Both the position numbers and the translations under genes were made by a program. A stretch of 34,037 bases of DNA from an uncultured Candidatus Saccharibacteria bacterium (lineage in GTDB: Bacteria > Patescibacteriota > Minisyncoccia > Minisyncoccales > Minisyncoccaceae), in the NCBI GenBank assembly GCA_964547725.1, contig CAZJOO010000001.1, positions 1,535 to 35,571 on the forward strand, read 5' to 3'. Shown here piece after piece: positions 26,843-32,111 of this stretch. Every line of letters starts with the position of its first letter. Position 1 is the first letter of the stretch. The notes beneath the pieces were generated by a model, which was not told the DNA's origin, searched no databases, and saw nothing but the letters and a program-made list of their open reading frames with translations.

Positions 26843-27955
26843 TTATCTTTCTCTTTTATTTAAAATAAATTCTTCTACCATGTCTCTAGCTTTATCATCT
26901 GTAATTTGTTCCATTGGATGTTTCATGAAATAAGCTGATGGTGATAAAAGTACTCCTGTTGTTCCCCTATCTAAAGCTAATTTCATCATTCTAATAGCAT
27001 CGATGATAACTCCTGCTGAGTTTGGAGAATCTTCAACAGACAATTTAAGCTCAATTGATACTGGAACGTTACCAAACTTTCTTCCCTCCATTCTTAAGAA
27101 ACAAATCTTGTTATCTTTTAAAAATGGAATATAATCTGATGGTCCAATGTGCAAATTATTGTAATCAAGCCTTTGATTTAACTCTGACTCTACCGCTTCA
27201 GTCTTAGAAAGCTTTTTAGATTTTAATCTCTTTCTTTCAAGCATGTTTAAGAAATCGGTATTTCCCCCAAAATTTAATTGGTATGACTTATCAATAATAA
27301 CTCCTCTTTGAGAGAACAAATGAGTTAAAGTTCTGTGAGTAATTGTTGCTCCAACCTGAGCCTTTACATCGTCTCCCAAACAAGGAAGTCCTGCAGCTTC
27401 AAATTTAGCAGCCCAATCTTTGTCTGAACAAATAAACACTGGCATTCCATTAATAAATCCTATGCCGGCATCAATACAAGCTTGAGCATAAAACTCAGTT
27501 GCTTTTTGAGAACCTACTGGCATGTAGTTAACTAACATTTGCGCTCCAGATTCTTTTAAAACCTTAACTACATCAACGGGCTTTTCATCAGAAACAACGA
27601 ATCTTTCGTCTTCTGGATATTCAGCCATATGTTCAGCAACACCATCTAAAACTGGTCCCATTTGTACCTTTACTCCAGACTTAGGAATATTTCCACAGAA
27701 CACAATGGTATTGTTTGGTTTTTCGAAAATAGCTTCGGTAAAATCCTTTCCTATTTTTCTTTTATCTATATCAAAAACGGCAACAACTTCTATGTCGGAA
27801 ATTTTGTAATCCCCAATTATATTGTGCATTAGTCCTGGAACTAATTCGTCATTAGTGCTGACGTTTTTATAATACTCTAATCCTTGGATAAGTGAACTGG
27901 CACAGTTACCTAATCCAGCGATAGCAATCTTAATTTTTTTATTATTTCCTTCCAT
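26843..27955 (-). CDS. myo-Inositol-1-phosphate synthase (short archaeal/bacterial type), copy 1
   Basis: 370 aa. Rossmann motif 'KIAIAGLGNCASSLIQG', plus 'GLPCLGDDVKAQVGATI', 'SYQLNFGGNTDF' and 'DSPNSAGVIIDAIR'. Confidence 0.9.
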   Translation of the reverse strand: MEGNNKKIKIAIAGLGNCASSLIQGLEYYKNVSTNDELVPGLMHNIIGDYKISDIEVVAVFDIDKRKIGKDFTEAIFEKPNNTIVFCGNIPKSGVKVQMGPVLDGVAEHMAEYPEDERFVVSDEKPVDVVKVLKESGAQMLVNYMPVGSQKATEFYAQACIDAGIGFINGMPVFICSDKDWAAKFEAAGLPCLGDDVKAQVGATITHRTLTHLFSQRGVIIDKSYQLNFGGNTDFLNMLERKRLKSKKLSKTEAVESELNQRLDYNNLHIGPSDYIPFLKDNKICFLRMEGRKFGNVPVSIELKLSVEDSPNSAGVIIDAIRMMKLALDRGTTGVLLSPSAYFMKHPMEQITDDKARDMVEEFILNKRER

Positions 27956-27998
27956 TTTTTTATATTAAATTAATTAATCTTAATATCTTGTTATTGTT

Positions 27999-28026
27999 AT
28001 TTTACACCGGTAAAATAGTTTGTCAA
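27999..28026 (-). promoter_or_regulatory. Internal promoter for MIPS copy 1, with an overlapping palindrome
   Basis: Minus strand: TTGACA (28026-28021), 16 nt, TAAAAT (28004-27999), starting directly after the MFS stop codon. The inverted repeat TTTTAC-N4-GTAAAA (28000-28015) covers the -10 box and the spacer. Confidence 0.45.
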
Positions 28027-28028
28027 TA

Positions 28029-29210
28029 TTACCTGTCTTCCTCATTATTTACTAAGTTAAATACATTAAAAATATTATCCTTAAATATCATCACAAACAT
28101 TCCAATTAATGCTAAAACAAAACACATAATAAATGGAGCATTAATGCTTCCAAAATCAATTAGCAATCCAGCAATCAAGGGCCCAATAACTCTTGCTACG
28201 TATTGAAAAGTGTCACTGATAGAAATTCCCGTAGCCCTAATTTCCTCTGCAACATTAGTGGATATAAAAGCTTTAGTAATGTTTAAACCTCCTGCCCTTC
28301 CTATTGTGAACAACCCCATTAGTAGAATAAAAACAAATATATTTTTTGTATATATAAAGAATATGGAAGAAATAGCAATTAATAACGAAGTAATTATTAA
28401 TGATTTTTTGTGCCCCATCCCATCCATAACTTTTCCTAAGCCTAGTAATCCAACAATACTAACGATGGATCCAAAACCAATAATAATACCAACTGTTGCT
28501 ATGTCGAAATTAACAGCTATCAGATACAGAGGAACAGCTAAGCTAATAACTGATTCAAAAAATCCTGTTAAAAAACCACCGACTCCTAAATAAAACAAGA
28601 AGTCCCATTTTTTAGAACCTAGGTCATTAAAAAGCTTTTTAACGCTAGGCTTCTTTTTGTCTTGTACCTTAACAACGTTTTTATTTTTAAGAAAATAAGA
28701 AAAGATTAATCCTATAACTCCAAGTATCGCCCAAACATAAAAAGCCATCTCCATTCCACCGCTTCTTAAAACTAACATTCCTCCTATGATTGGTCCTATA
28801 AAAGCACCTATTTGATAAAAACTTTCTAGTTTAAATAAAGCTTTTGTTTTTTCTTTATGTAAAATAGTTACAATGCTACTAATAGAGGAATAATAAAAAT
28901 TACTCAATATTCCTATTACAAAATACATTAAAGCAAAAAAAGAAATAGAGTCGGATATTGTGAATAGTAAAGCCACCAAAGGCAATGCAAAAAAAACATA
29001 AAATAATGTTTTTCCTTTTCCGAGTGCATCAGAAACCCATCCACAAGGCAATGCCAAAAATTTAGCACCCGCATAAAGAGAATAGATTATACTTATCTGA
29101 GAAGCGCTTGCAACTCCAGCAAAAAAAGCAGGAAAAACCTTTGAAGTAATATTAAATCCAGTTGACCAGAAAAATTGCAATAAGTAAGGTATTTCTTTAT
29201 ATAGTTTCAT
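28029..29210 (-). CDS. Major facilitator superfamily transporter
   Basis: 393 aa with about 12 hydrophobic segments and an MFS loop-2/3-like motif, 'GWVSDALGKGKT'. Confidence 0.8.
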   Translation of the reverse strand: MKLYKEIPYLLQFFWSTGFNITSKVFPAFFAGVASASQISIIYSLYAGAKFLALPCGWVSDALGKGKTLFYVFFALPLVALLFTISDSISFFALMYFVIGILSNFYYSSISSIVTILHKEKTKALFKLESFYQIGAFIGPIIGGMLVLRSGGMEMAFYVWAILGVIGLIFSYFLKNKNVVKVQDKKKPSVKKLFNDLGSKKWDFLFYLGVGGFLTGFFESVISLAVPLYLIAVNFDIATVGIIIGFGSIVSIVGLLGLGKVMDGMGHKKSLIITSLLIAISSIFFIYTKNIFVFILLMGLFTIGRAGGLNITKAFISTNVAEEIRATGISISDTFQYVARVIGPLIAGLLIDFGSINAPFIMCFVLALIGMFVMIFKDNIFNVFNLVNNEEDR

Positions 29211-29227
29211 CTCTTAAATAATAACAC

Positions 29228-29256
29228 ATTTTATTTTGTTGTTCAAATATGTTCAA
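29228..29256 (-). promoter_or_regulatory. Promoter of the MFS-MIPS-PadR-transferase operon, containing a tandem TTGAACA repeat
   Basis: Minus strand: TTGAAC (29256-29251), 17 nt, TAAAAT (29233-29228). The ATG lies about 18 nt downstream. TTGAACA occurs twice, 10 bp apart (plus strand TGTTCAA at 29240-29246 and 29250-29256): once as the -35 box and once in the spacer. Confidence 0.5.
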
Positions 29257-29338
29257 CTTTTAATTCTTCGCTAATAGTGTTACTATTTTAGTAGTACTTC
29301 TTATTTACTTATTTCAAAATATTAATTATCATTAAAGT

Positions 29339-29638
29339 ATGAATCCTTTTCTAAGACTAAAAAAATACAACACGAAAGGAAACCTATGGGTATATATTCT
29401 AACCCTACTAAAAGACAAGCCTAATTATGGCTGGGACTTCCCTTCTGATATAGAAAAAAGGTTTGGCTTTAGGCCTGGAAAAATAACTCCATACAGAGTT
29501 CTTTACGTTCTTGAGATAGAAGGACTTGTTAGCAGTGAGCAATTAGGACAAAGAAGGGTCTATTCTATTACTAAAAAAGGACTAAAAGAGCTTGAAAAAG
29601 TTAAAGATTTCTATAATAATATTATACGTGTCCTATGA
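29339..29638 (+). CDS. PadR-like winged-helix transcriptional regulator (short form)
   Basis: 99 aa with 'NLWVYILTLLKDKPNYGWDF', 'PYRVLYVLEIEGLV' and 'RRVYSITKKGLKEL'. It is divergent from the MFS operon. Confidence 0.7.
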   Translation: MNPFLRLKKYNTKGNLWVYILTLLKDKPNYGWDFPSDIEKRFGFRPGKITPYRVLYVLEIEGLVSSEQLGQRRVYSITKKGLKELEKVKDFYNNIIRVL

Positions 29639-30063
29639 AAGAAAAAAAAGAAACAGAAATTCAAGAAGTAATAAATCATTTTTTCTACACCAAAGGATAC
29701 ACACTAGAACAAGTAAAGGAAGATTCTAAAAAAAGAAAAATTATTTATTCTAGATTCACTAGACCTGCTAAAGAATTAATTGAACTTGCTGGCTCTAAAG
29801 AAGCGGCCAAAAAAGCTATTAGCATAGTTTCTGATTGGGCAAAATCAAGAAATCTTGATTATGCTATTGAAACTGTTTTTAAAAAGTGGTTAGAATTAGA
29901 TAGTCTTAAGCCAAAAGAAGTTGTTAAAAAACCTTTTTACGAAGATCAACCAATGGTTTGGTCTCAAATGAAAAAGAAGTGGTTTGTTATCAATGACCAA
30001 GGAGAATGGCTTGAATTTGCCGGAGACGAAAAAAAAGATATCGTCTGGAAGATAAAAAAATAA
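29635..30063 (+). CDS. Hypothetical protein, translationally coupled to PadR
   Basis: 142-aa ORF with an ATGA overlap onto the PadR stop. It is lysine-rich and soluble. No family recognised. Confidence 0.5.
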   Translation: MKEKKETEIQEVINHFFYTKGYTLEQVKEDSKKRKIIYSRFTRPAKELIELAGSKEAAKKAISIVSDWAKSRNLDYAIETVFKKWLELDSLKPKEVVKKPFYEDQPMVWSQMKKKWFVINDQGEWLEFAGDEKKDIVWKIKK

Positions 30064-30076
30064 AATCAATAAAAAT

Positions 30077-30643
30077 ATGTTATCATACTCAGAACTTATA
30101 AAAGGAAAAGTAATAATTGTTAATGAACAACCTTACGAAATCGTAGAGGCTCAATCTGTGTTTAAAGGTAGAGGACATTCCTACCTTCAAACAAAGCTTA
30201 AGAATCTAGCAACTGGAAGCGTTATTACAAAAACAATTCAACCAAGAGATAGCTTTGAAGAAGCTGATATAGAAAAAAAGGAAGCTAAATTTATCTATAA
30301 CAATAAAGGAAAACTTGTTTTTTCAGAAGTTGATAATCCTTCAAATAGATTCGAATTAACTGAAGAACAAATCGGAGAAGAAGCAAAATTCTTGAACACT
30401 AACGGAATGGTAGAAACTCTCCTTTTTGGCGATAAAATAATCAACGTTAAACTTCCTATTAAAGTACAATTAAAAGTAATAGAAGTTACTCCAGGAGTTA
30501 AAGGCGATAGAGCCGCTTCGGGTAATAAAGCTATTACTCTTGAAAATGGGACTATTATGAACGCTCCCCTCTTTATTAATAAAGATGATATTATTGAAAT
30601 TAATACAGAAAGAGGAGAATACGTTAGAAGAACAAATGAGTAA
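30077..30643 (+). CDS. efp: Elongation factor P
   Basis: 188 aa with EF-P domain I-III architecture. The tip loop 'VFKGRGHSYLQTKLKNLATG' carries Arg at position 32. Confidence 0.9.
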   Translation: MLSYSELIKGKVIIVNEQPYEIVEAQSVFKGRGHSYLQTKLKNLATGSVITKTIQPRDSFEEADIEKKEAKFIYNNKGKLVFSEVDNPSNRFELTEEQIGEEAKFLNTNGMVETLLFGDKIINVKLPIKVQLKVIEVTPGVKGDRAASGNKAITLENGTIMNAPLFINKDDIIEINTERGEYVRRTNE

Positions 30644-32024
30644 TCAAACTTGGCCAAAATATTATAGCAATCAATTAATTATAAATGAGAGCGAAAACTC
30701 AAGTATTTCTATTGTTACAGGTTGGACAAAAAAAGAAGATATTTTTAAAGAACTTTCTCCTGCCTCAAAAGAAAAAACTTTGATTGTTGGCCAACTATAT
30801 TCTAAAGAAGGAATAAATTTTATCATTAGGAATATATTTCTAAATCCTAAAATTAATTTTTTAATTATCACTGGAAAAGATTTATCCGGAAGCGTAAAAG
30901 AATTTAAAAGCTTTTTAGCTGGAGATAAAAAAGAATATATCCACGAAGAAATACCTGAAGAAAAAGTAAACGAATTTGTAAATTATTTTAAAGAACATTC
31001 TCTTTTTGTCGAAGCTTCGGAAATTAACGAAGCCCTAAGCAATATAGACTTAACATCTCTACCTAAAACCTGGACTAATGAGCCGCTTAATTTTGAGGAT
31101 CATTTAGCTAAAGGAGTAAATACTTTTCCTTCTGAAAAAGTTGGTTTTAGAATTGAAGGAGAAAAAGTTTCTGATGTTTGGCTTAAGGTTCTAGATAGAA
31201 TCTTCAAATTCGGTTTTGAAAAATTAAGTTCTTATGGAGAGAAGCAAAGAGAGTTAATTAATATAATGACAGTTATTAGCAATGACGACCCTGATAATCC
31301 ATATCTTCCTTCCTACCTCTATTTCAACAAAGATGACTTATTAAACTATTACCCCCAAGTGATGACAGACTGTGTTTTTGAAGGTGTAGAATACACTTAT
31401 GGAAGTAGATTAAGAAAACACAACGGAATAAATCAAATAGAAGAAATAATTAATGAACTTAAAAAAGAAAATTATTCTAGAAGGGCAATTGCTTTTACTT
31501 GGAATGTTGAAAAAGATTGCGGAAACGCAAAAGCTCCTTGTCTTGATTTAGTTCAAACCCTAGTCCAAAAAGATACCCTCTATTTAACCGCCTATTTTCG
31601 CAGTAATGATATGTTTAGAGCCTGGCCTCAAAATGCTTACGGACTCTTAAAAATTCAAAAAGAAATAGCCGAAGCGTTAAGCTTTAAAATTGGTAAGTTG
31701 ATTGTCGTTTCTTGTTCTGCTCATATTTACGAACGTGATTTTCTTGAAGCGCAAAAAATGATTGGAAAGAACAAACCAAAACTAGAATGTCAAATAGACC
31801 CAAGAGGAAATTTTGTTATTGAAGTTAATAATAATGAAATGATTGTAAAACATTTTGACGCCGAAGGAACTTTTTTGCAAGAATTTAAAGGAAGTAGTGC
31901 TGAAGAAATTAGAAATCAAATCAATACCTTTATAACAGACATCACTCACGCAATATATCTAGGAACAGAATTGCATAAAGCAGAGCTTGCTTTAAAAAAC
32001 AAAACTCCATATATTCAAGGATAA
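30636..32024 (+). CDS. Thymidylate synthase (ThyA family) with an N-terminal extension of about 170 aa
   Basis: 462 aa counted from the ATG at 30636, which forms an ATGAGTAA overlap with the efp stop. ThyA core: 'RRAIAFTWN', the catalytic Cys in 'AKAPCLDL', and 'YFRSNDMFRAWPQNAYG'. The N-terminal part 'WPKYYSN...SISIVTGW...GINFIIRNIFLNPKINFLIITGKDLSG' resembles MtrA/DUF4346-type domains; that match is from my recall only. Confidence 0.75.
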   Translation: MSNQTWPKYYSNQLIINESENSSISIVTGWTKKEDIFKELSPASKEKTLIVGQLYSKEGINFIIRNIFLNPKINFLIITGKDLSGSVKEFKSFLAGDKKEYIHEEIPEEKVNEFVNYFKEHSLFVEASEINEALSNIDLTSLPKTWTNEPLNFEDHLAKGVNTFPSEKVGFRIEGEKVSDVWLKVLDRIFKFGFEKLSSYGEKQRELINIMTVISNDDPDNPYLPSYLYFNKDDLLNYYPQVMTDCVFEGVEYTYGSRLRKHNGINQIEEIINELKKENYSRRAIAFTWNVEKDCGNAKAPCLDLVQTLVQKDTLYLTAYFRSNDMFRAWPQNAYGLLKIQKEIAEALSFKIGKLIVVSCSAHIYERDFLEAQKMIGKNKPKLECQIDPRGNFVIEVNNNEMIVKHFDAEGTFLQEFKGSSAEEIRNQINTFITDITHAIYLGTELHKAELALKNKTPYIQG

Positions 32025-32029
32025 TACCA

Positions 32030-32058
32030 TTGACATTTTAATCTATTTATTCTATAAT
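32030..32058 (+). promoter_or_regulatory. Consensus sigma70-type promoter of MIPS copy 2
   Basis: TTGACA (32030-32035), a spacer of exactly 17 nt, then TATAAT (32053-32058). A GGAG Shine-Dalgarno sequence sits at 32100-32103 and the ATG at 32112. Confidence 0.65.
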
Positions 32059-32063
32059 TAAGT

Positions 32064-32081
32064 CATGAACTTTTGTTCATG
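32064..32081 (+). promoter_or_regulatory. Perfect palindrome at the predicted transcription start (an operator or a 5' hairpin)
   Basis: CATGAAC (32064-32070), tttt, GTTCATG (32075-32081). It begins 6 nt after the -10 hexamer. Confidence 0.5.
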
Positions 32082-32111
32082 GTAGCACATTGAAATTTTG
32101 GAGTTTCTAAA

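Noticed and set aside
25895-27955. Di-myo-inositol-phosphate (compatible solute) synthesis as the specific function of the MIPS + CDP-alcohol transferase pair
   Set aside because: That pathway needs an inositol-1-phosphate cytidylyltransferase domain, and no nucleotidyltransferase is visible in the window or fused to the transferase. It is kept only as an alternative inside the broader finding.
27988-28593. Plus-strand ORFs 27988-28206 and 28210-28593, antisense to the MFS transporter
   Set aside because: These are shadow frames of a 12-helix membrane protein gene. The MFS reading frame has the family loop motif and a promoter, whereas these have neither.
30585-30635. The ORF-track start at 30585 for the ThyA-family gene
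   Set aside because: It would overlap efp by 59 nt. The internal ATG at 30636 gives the ATGAGTAA stop-start overlap seen elsewhere in this window and is preceded by a purine-rich stretch.
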